Source: Deltaproteobacteria bacterium
GTDB taxonomy: Bacteria > UBA10199 > DSSB01 > JACPFA01
Length of the DNA: 64,000 bases
Assembly (NCBI GenBank): GCA_016183235.1
Contig: JACPFA010000003.1
Location: 39,560 to 103,559, forward strand
Direction: 5' to 3'
In this document: positions 42,409 through 51,227 of the stretch, piece by piece
Layout of the letters: each line of letters begins with the position of its first letter
Position numbering within the stretch: the stretch's first letter is position 1
Notes under the pieces: generated by a model
Seen by the model: only the letters and a program-made list of their open reading frames with translations
The model's database searches: none
Told to the model about the DNA's origin: nothing
Position numbers and translations under genes: made by a program

Positions 42409-43563
42409 TTAATCCTGGTTCATCCTACTGAACTTCACCATTATAATTACAATCAACCCGACCCCTGCAATCACACTTGAAACTCCGAACATGGTCGTAA
42501 AATTCGCAATGTCTCCCAGTTTACCCATGAGAATAAAACCCACCGTATTACCTAAACCATAAGTCACGGTAGAATAAAGAGTTTGGCCGGTGGCCTTAAG
42601 ATGACATGGCACCTTTCGTCTAATAAATTCCATAACCGCCAAATGAAACGTGCCATAAGTAAAGGCGTGGAGTATTTGACTTAAAAAAATCAGCGGGAGT
42701 TTGGGGAAATAAGCAAGTAAGGCCCAACGCAAGGTGGCCATGAACAAAGAAAATCCCAACACGCTAATGGGATGAACGATTTTGAGTCGTGGTGCCCACA
42801 CCACCATGATCAACAATTCCGCCAATAAGCAAGGCGCCCACAGATAAGCAATATAAGGGCCTTCATAGCCAAGCCCTTTTAAATAGAGGGAAAAATATCC
42901 GTAATAAGCCCCATGACTCAATTGCATCAAAAAACAAACCACCAACACGCCAACCATGAGTTTGAACCAAGGCCGGTGTAAATCAAGAGTTGGTTCTACA
43001 AACGAAGTGCTATGGGCAAAATGCAGGCACAAGACACTAAGCCCCGCTAGGCCACCTAAAAAAAGGATGACCCAAAGAATGATGCTTAAGGGATAAAATT
43101 TTATCAAATACCCGCCCAAAAAAACCGCTGCAAAAAAACCCAAGGTGCCCCACACTCGAATGCGGCCATAAATATAATCGTGTTTTTGGCAAAAGCGTTG
43201 GCTGATGGCCTCGACCAAAGGTAAGACCCCGGTGCGAAACAACATGGCAAGTAAGGTGACTATAAAAACTCCCCAAAAACTTTGCGCCCAGAAAAGCCCT
43301 GCAAATAGAACTGTCGAAATAAACATGAGAATACTGGCAAGTAGTGGCGCCTTGCCTGTACGATCGGCTAGCCGCCCCCATAGCAAGGGAACCCCAATGC
43401 GGGTAACGGCTAACAAAGATAAAATGATGCCGGTTTGAAATTTTGAAAATTTTAAATGATCAAGATAAAGTTGGAAAAAAGGCAGCAGAGTCCCTAAGAT
43501 TCCCATCTTAAAAAAGTAAAAGGCTGCTAGACAAAGGTAGATGGCACGATGTTTTAATTGCAT
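42409..43563 (-). CDS. MFS transporter
   Basis: 384 aa, about 12 predicted TM segments, GRLADRTGK loop motif. Confidence 0.8.
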   Translation of the reverse strand: MQLKHRAIYLCLAAFYFFKMGILGTLLPFFQLYLDHLKFSKFQTGIILSLLAVTRIGVPLLWGRLADRTGKAPLLASILMFISTVLFAGLFWAQSFWGVFIVTLLAMLFRTGVLPLVEAISQRFCQKHDYIYGRIRVWGTLGFFAAVFLGGYLIKFYPLSIILWVILFLGGLAGLSVLCLHFAHSTSFVEPTLDLHRPWFKLMVGVLVVCFLMQLSHGAYYGYFSLYLKGLGYEGPYIAYLWAPCLLAELLIMVVWAPRLKIVHPISVLGFSLFMATLRWALLAYFPKLPLIFLSQILHAFTYGTFHLAVMEFIRRKVPCHLKATGQTLYSTVTYGLGNTVGFILMGKLGDIANFTTMFGVSSVIAGVGLIVIIMVKFSRMNQD

Positions 43564-43610
43564 GGAGGAAGCATAATGGTGTTACATGGACCACGCTACC
43601 GAAAAGTTTT

Positions 43611-44513
43611 ATGAAACAATACCAACTTACAAAAAATGCCGCTGGCTTTTTTCTTATCACTGAGCAAACTTTTTTGTGTTTTAGCGGTAAAGAAGTGCAT
43701 ACATTTCTACACAATTATACCACTCAAGATATTAAGAAACTAAAACCTGGGGAAGTGACACAAGCGGCTTTCTTGGATCGTAAAGGCACGATTGTCGCTT
43801 TAAGTTTGATTATAAGACGAGAGGATCATCAATTTTTGGTTAAAGTTGAGAATACTAAAGTGGAGGCATTGCTCAAACATTTAGAGACATTTTTACTGTT
43901 AAGTGAAATTAAGGTTGAAGCACTGCAAAATTTTCAGCACTTGATTGTGCTGGGGCCTAAAAGTGGAAAAGAGATAAAATTGAAGATTGCTTCACCATCA
44001 TGGGTCCCTGCCTCCGCAGGGATGAAATTGTTCGCAATGACATGGAGTTATCATATGTACGGCCTGCCAGGATTTGAGCTGTTGATTCCCAAAAAAAGTC
44101 TGGTAAGGGCTGATTTTGTTGATCCACAAATTCTGGAAATTTTAAGAATTGAAGCGGGTGAGCCTCGGGATGGAGTGGATATTACTGATCATATGCTCAT
44201 CCAAGAAGCGAGGCTGGAAACTTCCGCGGTAAGTTTTACGAAGGGCTGTTACTTGGGCCAAGAAATTGTAGCCAGGGTACACACCCGAGGCCACGTCAAT
44301 CGCAGCCTTAAACAAGTTAAACTACAAAAACCACCTCCTAGCTTGCCGTGGGAGATACAACAAAATGGACAAAAGATTGGCACCATCACCTCTTGCGTTA
44401 AATCGCCGCTTGCCCAAGGGTATTTGGCATTGGGGATCTTCTATCACCAAGCCCTTGACCAAATAGTGAAATTTCACATAGAGTTGTTTTCCCATGACAA
44501 ACCCCCTGATTGA
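43611..44513 (+). CDS. ygfZ: Folate-binding YgfZ-family protein
   Basis: KGCYLGQEIVARV signature. Carries an in-frame repeat at 43982-44043. Confidence 0.85.
   Translation: MKQYQLTKNAAGFFLITEQTFLCFSGKEVHTFLHNYTTQDIKKLKPGEVTQAAFLDRKGTIVALSLIIRREDHQFLVKVENTKVEALLKHLETFLLLSEIKVEALQNFQHLIVLGPKSGKEIKLKIASPSWVPASAGMKLFAMTWSYHMYGLPGFELLIPKKSLVRADFVDPQILEILRIEAGEPRDGVDITDHMLIQEARLETSAVSFTKGCYLGQEIVARVHTRGHVNRSLKQVKLQKPPPSLPWEIQQNGQKIGTITSCVKSPLAQGYLALGIFYHQALDQIVKFHIELFSHDKPPD
43982..44043 (+). repeat. B-type arm element inside ygfZ
   Basis: GAAGATTGCTTCACCATCATGGGTCCCTGCCTCCGCAGGGATGAAATTGTTCGCAATGACAT, translated KIASPSWVPASAGMKLFAMT. Confidence 0.85.
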
Positions 44514-45417
44514 AAAAAAAACGTGGTCTATCCCTGAATCTTTTTTATATTGTGAGCGGGTGGCAAAATCTCACTATGAAAATTTCCCTGTTGGGTCGTG
44601 GCTTATCCCTAAAAAATTGCGCCCCTATGTATGGGCAATTTATGCCTTTGCTCGCAAGGCCGATGATTATGCCGATGAAGATTATGCAGAAAAAGATCGC
44701 CTGCCTAAATTAGATCGCTGGCAAGACATGTTGCTGCATTGCTACCATCGCCGAGTGAATCACCCGGTTTTTTTGGCCTTGGGTGAATTGGTGCGGCAAT
44801 TTAAAATCCCTCAGCACCTTTTTGTTGACCTCATCACTGCCTTTAAAATGGATGTCATCAAAAAACGTCATGCCACTTTTGAAGAATTGCTCTACTACTG
44901 TAAACATTCAGCCAACCCGGTAGGACGTTTGATTTTACATCTCTTCAATGTCAAAGAACCTCGCGCCTATTTATTGTCAGACTATGTTTGCACGGCCTTA
45001 CAATTGGCTAATTTTTGGCAAGATGTGAGTGTTGATTTAGAAAAAGATCGCATTTACATTCCGCAAGAAGATTTTGCCCAATTTCAATACACCGAAAAAC
45101 AGTTGGTGAATCGAGAGTTAAACATTCAATTTCAGCGGCTCATGGCCTTTCAAGTGCAACGCACCAAAAGGCTCTTTCGCAAGGCCGAAGAATTGCCTTC
45201 GCTCGTAGGGGGCCGTTTGGGTTTTGAATTAAGAGCGGTCATTTTAGGAGGTATGGGGATTTTAAAAGCGATTGAAGCGGTACAATATGACACCTTGCAT
45301 ACCCGGCCGGCCCTTACCAAGGGTCAAAAATTAAAAATTTTATTGAAAGCCTGCTTTCGTTTCAAACGATCCCTTGGCAAACCCTTAGTAGCTGTAAGAA
45401 AGCCGGAGAGTGCATGA
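44494..45417 (+). CDS. hpnC: Squalene synthase HpnC (squalene/phytoene synthase family)
   Basis: YAFARKADDYADE. hpnC-hpnD-hpnE gene order. Confidence 0.8.
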   Translation: MTNPLIEKKTWSIPESFLYCERVAKSHYENFPVGSWLIPKKLRPYVWAIYAFARKADDYADEDYAEKDRLPKLDRWQDMLLHCYHRRVNHPVFLALGELVRQFKIPQHLFVDLITAFKMDVIKKRHATFEELLYYCKHSANPVGRLILHLFNVKEPRAYLLSDYVCTALQLANFWQDVSVDLEKDRIYIPQEDFAQFQYTEKQLVNRELNIQFQRLMAFQVQRTKRLFRKAEELPSLVGGRLGFELRAVILGGMGILKAIEAVQYDTLHTRPALTKGQKLKILLKACFRFKRSLGKPLVAVRKPESA

Positions 45418-46253
45418 ATGCACTTGGGATGTCTGCCGAACAAATTGCGGCAAAAAGCCAATCTAATTTTATAAGTTCGTTTTGGATTTTATCTAAAAAA
45501 CGTCGCCAGGCCTTAACCACATTTTACGCCTTTAGCCGCGTGGTGGATGATGCGGTCGATGAACACTCAAGCGAAATAGCCACAAAACTTATTGCCCAGT
45601 GGCAACAACAAATCAACCTTTGTTATCATGGTTGGCCCACTCAACCCTTAGCGAGTGAATTGCAAAAAATAATTCGTGAATATGAAATCCCTAAAAAATA
45701 TTTTGATGGGATTTTGCAAGGTGTGGCCATGGATATTCACCCGCAAAATTATTCTGATATCTCAAGCTTAGAAAATTACTGCTACCATGTGGCTAGCCTA
45801 GTTGGCTTGGTTTGTATGAAAATTTTTGGAGTCAACGGCCCGGCGGCTGAAACAGCCGCCACCGAATTGGGCTTGGCTTTACAATTCACCAATATTTTAA
45901 GGGATATTGCAGTGGATGCTAAAAAAGGGCGTTTGTATTTACCGCTAGAACTTTTGCAACAATTTGATTTAAGCCCTGATGCCATTCAAACGGGTGTACC
46001 TCGAGAAAAGGTTGTTTTGTGTTTAACCCATTTTGCTAACCTTGCGGAACAGCACTATACAGAGGCCTTTTCACTTATGCAAAATTTGCCTAAAAAACCC
46101 TTACAAGCGGCATGGGTGATGGGAAAGATTTATCATCAAATTTTAAATAAAATACGCCGGAAGAATTATGATGTTTACCAGGGAAAGATCACGTTATCTA
46201 AATTTAGGAAATTTTTTATTTTGCTTAAAGGAATCCTGGATCCCGGGTCTTAG
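45414..46253 (+). CDS. hpnD: Presqualene diphosphate synthase HpnD
   Basis: FYAFSRVVDDAVDE. The stop codon lies inside the hairpin repeat at 46236. Confidence 0.8.
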   Translation: MNALGMSAEQIAAKSQSNFISSFWILSKKRRQALTTFYAFSRVVDDAVDEHSSEIATKLIAQWQQQINLCYHGWPTQPLASELQKIIREYEIPKKYFDGILQGVAMDIHPQNYSDISSLENYCYHVASLVGLVCMKIFGVNGPAAETAATELGLALQFTNILRDIAVDAKKGRLYLPLELLQQFDLSPDAIQTGVPREKVVLCLTHFANLAEQHYTEAFSLMQNLPKKPLQAAWVMGKIYHQILNKIRRKNYDVYQGKITLSKFRKFFILLKGILDPGS

Positions 46254-46290
46254 CCCGGGATGACGTGCAGCCGTCATTCCGGCCCCCTGA
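46236..46290. repeat. Two B-like GC hairpins
   Basis: CCCGGGTCTTAGCCCGGG and TTCCGGCCCCCTGAGCCGGAA. Confidence 0.8.
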
Positions 46291-46320
46291 GCCGGAATCC
46301 ATTCCCTTTCTCTATAACTT

Positions 46321-47640
46321 ATGACTTACGATACAATCATTATCGGTGGTGGGTTTGCAGGCCTTGCCGCAAGCGTGAAGCTTGCCCTGGCTGGCCATAA
46401 GATTGCTTTATTAGAGAAGCGGCCCTTTTTAGGGGGGCGAGCTTATTCGTTTCGCGAACCCAAAACCCAATCAACGGTTGATAATGGCCAACACCTCATG
46501 ATGGGTTGTTATCATAACACTCTGGAATTTTTGCGAATCATCGGTGCCTTACCCAAATTAAAATTTATGAATCGACTTGAGGTAACTTTTCGTAACACGC
46601 ATCGCTTGGCAAAATTAAGCTGCCCTAATTTACCTGCACCTTTTCATTTATTAATGGGGCTACTTAAATTCAAAAATTTTTCGGCGCAAGAAAAATGGCG
46701 CGCCGTTAAAATGATGCTGCGGGTTAAATTGAATCGTTTACCCCCAGAACTTGATTCAATGACTGTCATCGATTTTTTAAATCAGCAAGGTCAATCCCAA
46801 CATGCCATCCAAGAATTTTGGGAACCCGTGGTACTAGCAACGATCAATGAAGATATCCATATCGCCAGTAGTGCATTATTTGTCGAGGTGCTACGCCGAG
46901 GCTTGTTGGCTAGTAAAAAAGATTCTCAGCTCGTTATATCTCAAGTGGGATTGAGTGAGCTTTACGTTGAACCTGCTTTAAAATTTTTAAATCAATACGC
47001 AGCTGAGGTTCATACGCAATGTCAAATGCAAAGTGCCGAACGCCATGCCAATGATTGGTTAGTGAAAGATTTTAATGGCAATGAATATCGTGGCCGTCAT
47101 TTGGTGTTTGCAGTTCCACCTGCGGCATTGAAAAAAATTGCCTTGCCTGAAAATTTACGCATCAACTGGGAAATGTTAAAGCCATCGCCTATCCTTGCGA
47201 TTAACCTATGGCTCAAAGACTGGCAGGCTCCTGAAATGTTTTGTGGGTTATTACAAAGCCCTTTGCATTGGCTCTTTGATAAAACCCAGGTGCTGCGTGA
47301 CCCCGCAAGTGCATTATCTTTTGTGATTAGCGCAAGTCACCCCCTGGCCAAAAAAACCAACCAAGAATTAGTGGACACAGCCCTTGAAGAATTACACAAA
47401 ATTTTTCCGGATAGCCAAAATAAAGAATTGCTGCACAGCCAGGTGATTCGCGAATTTGAAGCTACCTTTGCTAACCAAATCAATTGCGCTCACCAACGCC
47501 CTGCCACGCAAACCCATTTACCCAATCTTTATTTAGCCGGCGATTGGACGGCCACCGGATTACCTAGCACCATTGAAAGCGCGGTCTTGAGCGGGTTTAA
47601 AGCCAGCGACGCCATCGTTAGACGCACTGCATCATTTTGA
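46321..47640 (+). CDS. hpnE: Hydroxysqualene dehydroxylase HpnE (FAD amine-oxidase fold)
   Basis: IIIGGGFAGLAA dinucleotide motif. Context after hpnCD. Confidence 0.8.
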   Translation: MTYDTIIIGGGFAGLAASVKLALAGHKIALLEKRPFLGGRAYSFREPKTQSTVDNGQHLMMGCYHNTLEFLRIIGALPKLKFMNRLEVTFRNTHRLAKLSCPNLPAPFHLLMGLLKFKNFSAQEKWRAVKMMLRVKLNRLPPELDSMTVIDFLNQQGQSQHAIQEFWEPVVLATINEDIHIASSALFVEVLRRGLLASKKDSQLVISQVGLSELYVEPALKFLNQYAAEVHTQCQMQSAERHANDWLVKDFNGNEYRGRHLVFAVPPAALKKIALPENLRINWEMLKPSPILAINLWLKDWQAPEMFCGLLQSPLHWLFDKTQVLRDPASALSFVISASHPLAKKTNQELVDTALEELHKIFPDSQNKELLHSQVIREFEATFANQINCAHQRPATQTHLPNLYLAGDWTATGLPSTIESAVLSGFKASDAIVRRTASF

Positions 47641-47678
47641 ACATTTGCCAAATTCCTTTTAAATTCCCATAATAAAGC

Positions 47679-48257
47679 ATGCAGAAATCCATTCGCATCA
47701 TCGCCTATGGTGACAGCCTCACCTATGGGTTCCCTTATGGTCATCCGCTTTCGTGGGTGGCAATCACTGAAGAAAAAACTGGAATTCCTTTGTTAAATCA
47801 TGGTTCTAACGGTAGCACTCTCAAAGACCTCGTGCGTCGGGTGATGGAAGATGTGATTGATTTAAAGCCCAATTATTGCATTGTGATGGGGGGGACCAAC
47901 GACATTTTTACTAATCACCGCTATGAGTTTATGAAAGAAAATTTTGAAGCTTTAATTAAAAAATTACAACAAAACAAAATCAACCCTATTATTGGCTTGC
48001 CCCCACCCGTGTTAGACAAGAAGCGAGAAAAAGAATTAACCAAGTTTCGCAATTGGCTCAAAAAACAAGCCCGGGCTCAAAAATTACCTTACATTGATTT
48101 TTTTTCGGCCTTACTCAATCCGAAAACCAAAACCCCCAATCGCAAATTTTTTGAAGACTTCGCCCACCCTAACTCAGAAGGCTATCAAGCCATGGCAGAA
48201 GTCAGCAGCAAAGTTTTGTGTAATCTATTAGGTATCAAATCTTTAAGCCAGAGCTGA
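47679..48257 (+). CDS. SGNH/GDSL hydrolase
   Basis: IIAYGDSLTYG, ..GGTND.., ..DFAHPN.. Confidence 0.8.
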   Translation: MQKSIRIIAYGDSLTYGFPYGHPLSWVAITEEKTGIPLLNHGSNGSTLKDLVRRVMEDVIDLKPNYCIVMGGTNDIFTNHRYEFMKENFEALIKKLQQNKINPIIGLPPPVLDKKREKELTKFRNWLKKQARAQKLPYIDFFSALLNPKTKTPNRKFFEDFAHPNSEGYQAMAEVSSKVLCNLLGIKSLSQS

Positions 48258-48263
48258 AAAAGC

Positions 48264-48474
48264 GTAATGCCTCAGTTTTAGGGGTTTAGCTTTCCTCAAC
48301 CCGTGCTCCGCTCCTCGTATTCGCACTTAAAAAACATTGGTTTGTTTAGAAGTTAGGGTATTCCCTCTGGTCATACCCTAACTTCTACAAACCATATGTT
48401 TTTAAAGTGCTCATGACTCGTCGCTCTCGCACAAAGGGTTTCGGAAAGCTAAACCCCTAAAACTGAGGCATTAC
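48264..48474. mobile_element. F-type MITE-like palindrome with an 8-bp target-site-duplication-like flank
   Basis: GTAATGCCTCAGTTTTAGGGGTTTAGCTTTCC / its complement at the right end. GAAAAAGC at 48256-48263 and 48475-48482. Confidence 0.75.
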
Positions 48475-48525
48475 GAAAAAGCCCTTCATACGCCCTCCTT
48501 TTTGAGTTATAGATTGCTTAATTTT

Positions 48526-49287
48526 ATGGGAAAACGACGTAAAAAAAGGGATTATTACACTCGCGCTTTGGTGTTTATTCTCATCGCTTGCGGGGCGGTG
48601 TTGCTTTACGAGCAACTGGACCACTGGAGCAGCAATGGATCTTCAGTCAAACGCCCGGCGACCGTAGTTAATACCGCACCCTTAGCTTCCGCCCCTTCAA
48701 CGGATAGTTTGTTTCAAACCGTTGCACCTGAAAAAGTATTACCCTTATTGCCCCTCGATGCCATCGACCAAAATTTTACCGGGCTCCATCACAACGATTA
48801 CACCATCCTTGCCTATGCCCAAGGTAAAAATCTCGATAACCCCGACCTTGGCAAACCTAAAATCATGGTTTTAAAAAAAGACCCCACCGGGGGCACGCAT
48901 AAGGAATTGCTGGATTTTGCCCCTATTAAAGATCAACTCAAAGGCGAACCTTTAGGCCCGCCCCAATTGAGCGCAAAACCTATTATTGATAAGCAAGGCA
49001 TCCCTTTTTTCTTAGTGCGAACCTTTGTGCGCGAGGATGTTTTAAAAACCGCGACGGTCATGTATTTGCAGGCAGGCAAACCCGCATGGGCGAAATTAAA
49101 AGAAGATAATGAGTTAAGCCTCGCTACTTTTTTAGAGGGCAACAGCGCAGTAACTTCAACCCAAGTCACCTTAGGTGAGGAAAAGGGGATTCCCCTATTG
49201 AGGGTTAAAACCGGGAACTTTGAAAAATTTAACACCCATGTTTACCAATGGAATGGTAGCGCATTTGTCAAAGTGGGCTTGCATTGA
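48526..49287 (+). CDS. Hypothetical membrane-anchored protein
   Basis: MGKRRKKRDYY followed by TM segment ALVFILIACGAVLLY. 4-nt overlap with the ABC ATPase gene. Confidence 0.55.
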   Translation: MGKRRKKRDYYTRALVFILIACGAVLLYEQLDHWSSNGSSVKRPATVVNTAPLASAPSTDSLFQTVAPEKVLPLLPLDAIDQNFTGLHHNDYTILAYAQGKNLDNPDLGKPKIMVLKKDPTGGTHKELLDFAPIKDQLKGEPLGPPQLSAKPIIDKQGIPFFLVRTFVREDVLKTATVMYLQAGKPAWAKLKEDNELSLATFLEGNSAVTSTQVTLGEEKGIPLLRVKTGNFEKFNTHVYQWNGSAFVKVGLH

Positions 49288-50303
49288 TGAAATCGCCCCT
49301 TCCTGCCATCGCTATTCAAGGCTTAACCAAAAAATACCCAAAGGTAGAGGCACTCCGCGACGTTAATCTTGAAATTTCAGAAGGAGAATTTTTTGGTTTG
49401 TTAGGGCCTAATGGTGCTGGCAAATCCACACTGATTCATTGTTTGGTGGGGCTTTGCCGGCCAACCCTAGGGCAGGTGTTGGTGTTTGGCAAATCTACCT
49501 TGCAAGATTATACCTACACCAAGGCTCAAATTGGTTTTTCTCCTCAAGACACGAATGTAGATCGCTTTTTTAATCTTGAACGCACCTTGCAATTTCAAGG
49601 GGGTTTTTTTGGCCTCTCGCGCAAAGAATCTAAGCTGAGGGCACAGGAGTTGCTGGAACAGTTTGATCTTGCCGCCAAAGCCAAAGAACAATTTTACAAA
49701 TTATCGGGCGGCATGCAAAAACGCTTACTCATTGCTCGCGCCTTAATGAACAAACCTAAGATTCTTATTTTAGACGAGCCGACGGCGGGCATTGATGTGG
49801 AGCAACGCCACGAGCTTTGGCAATTTTTAAAAGACCTGCATGTAAGCGGCACCACGATTCTCTTAACCACGCATTATATTGATGAGGCCGAATATCTTTG
49901 TGAGCGGGTGGGAATTATTAATCACGGGCAAATCGTTGAAATGGGATCGCCGCAGGCCTTGGTTGATAAATACTGCGAACATCGCGTGGAGATTTTACTC
50001 AACGAACCTATTGACGCCCAAGAATTTCACGACATATCCGATGTGAATGTTAATGGATCTTTATTACAAGCTAAAGGGCAACAATTGGGCCCCTTAACCG
50101 AGCGAATTTTACAACGCATTTTGCAAAAATCTTCTCGCAAGGTTTTGGATATCAATATTCAAAAGGGCGACTTGGAAGAAGTATTTGTGAAGACAATTGC
50201 AGGTATAGCGGGTGACCCGGGCAGGGGGCCCCCCACCAGCGCGGAGTCTGCCTTGCAGACGAGCACTGCTGGGGGAAGGCCCGGGACCGGGCCCGCGATA
50301 TAA
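49284..50303 (+). CDS. ABC transporter ATP-binding protein (ABC-2 type exporter)
   Basis: GPNGAGKST, LSGGMQKRL, LILDEPT. The C-terminal ~33 aa are encoded by the C-type repeat. Confidence 0.9.
   Translation: MMKSPLPAIAIQGLTKKYPKVEALRDVNLEISEGEFFGLLGPNGAGKSTLIHCLVGLCRPTLGQVLVFGKSTLQDYTYTKAQIGFSPQDTNVDRFFNLERTLQFQGGFFGLSRKESKLRAQELLEQFDLAAKAKEQFYKLSGGMQKRLLIARALMNKPKILILDEPTAGIDVEQRHELWQFLKDLHVSGTTILLTTHYIDEAEYLCERVGIINHGQIVEMGSPQALVDKYCEHRVEILLNEPIDAQEFHDISDVNVNGSLLQAKGQQLGPLTERILQRILQKSSRKVLDINIQKGDLEEVFVKTIAGIAGDPGRGPPTSAESALQTSTAGGRPGTGPAI
50204..50302. repeat. C-type GC-rich element at the ATPase/permease junction
   Basis: Same core as 4931 and 22864. Supplies the ATPase tail and its TAA stop. 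Confidence 0.9.
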
Positions 50304-51065
50304 ATGATGTACCAAGGATTTTTTACACTCATTGAGCGCGAAGTTTACCGGTTTTCCAGACTTTCCCGGCAAACCATTTTTCCGCCCATCATCACGACCT
50401 TGTTGTTCATTTTTATTTTTGGATTTTCATTGGGCGCTTCGATTCGACAAATCGAAGGTTTTAGTTACATTATGTTTATCTTGCCAGGCTTGGCCTCTAT
50501 GTCGGTGATCACCAATGCCTATGCCAACACCTCCACCAGTCTCTTCATGGCCCGCATGGACCGCAGCATCGAAAACACGCTGATTGCCCCGGTCACCTAT
50601 TTTCAAATGGCGCTCTCGCTAGCCATTGGCGGCATTTTACGGGGTTTGGTGATTGGGCTCATCACTTTATTGGTAGGAATTTTTTCGGTGCACTTAAAAG
50701 TCCACGATTGGCCGCTCACTTTATTGGTGTTGACCCTTTCCTCTATCATTTTTTCTAACTTAGGCATTATTTCTGCCCTGCAAGCGGAGGGCTGGGACAG
50801 TATTGCCATGTTTACCAACTTTCTCATCACCCCCCTGGTTTATTTGGGTGGGGTTTTTTATTCTATCCAAATGCTGCCCCCGTTTTGGCACAAGGTGAGT
50901 TTGATTAATCCTATTTTTTATCTGGTGGATAGTTTGCGTTATAGCATTTTGGGGACCAGCGCCGTTGCCTTGAGCTTATCCCTTGGAATTCTGGTTTTTT
51001 TGACCATCGCCACTTTTGCAATTTGTGTGTGGTTATTTAAAATAGGGTATAAAATGGTGACTTAG
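50304..51065 (+). CDS. ABC-2 family transporter permease
   Basis: 253 aa with six hydrophobic segments. The ATG immediately follows the ATPase stop. Confidence 0.85.
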   Translation: MMYQGFFTLIEREVYRFSRLSRQTIFPPIITTLLFIFIFGFSLGASIRQIEGFSYIMFILPGLASMSVITNAYANTSTSLFMARMDRSIENTLIAPVTYFQMALSLAIGGILRGLVIGLITLLVGIFSVHLKVHDWPLTLLVLTLSSIIFSNLGIISALQAEGWDSIAMFTNFLITPLVYLGGVFYSIQMLPPFWHKVSLINPIFYLVDSLRYSILGTSAVALSLSLGILVFLTIATFAICVWLFKIGYKMVT

Positions 51066-51077
51066 AATGAAAGGCAG

Positions 51078-51103
51078 ATGGATCCCGGATCGAGTCCGGG
51101 ATT
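51078..51103. repeat. B-like GC hairpin
   Basis: ATCCCGGATCGAGTCCGGGAT. Confidence 0.75.
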
Positions 51104-51227
51104 AAATATTTTGTCACCGGCTAAAGCCAGTGGCAAAATATTTAACCTTTTGACTTTTGCTTGGGTCTTGTAGATAAATACAGCAATGTGTGGGGGCTTA
51201 CACCTTTAAACCCAAGAAGGGGGCTTT

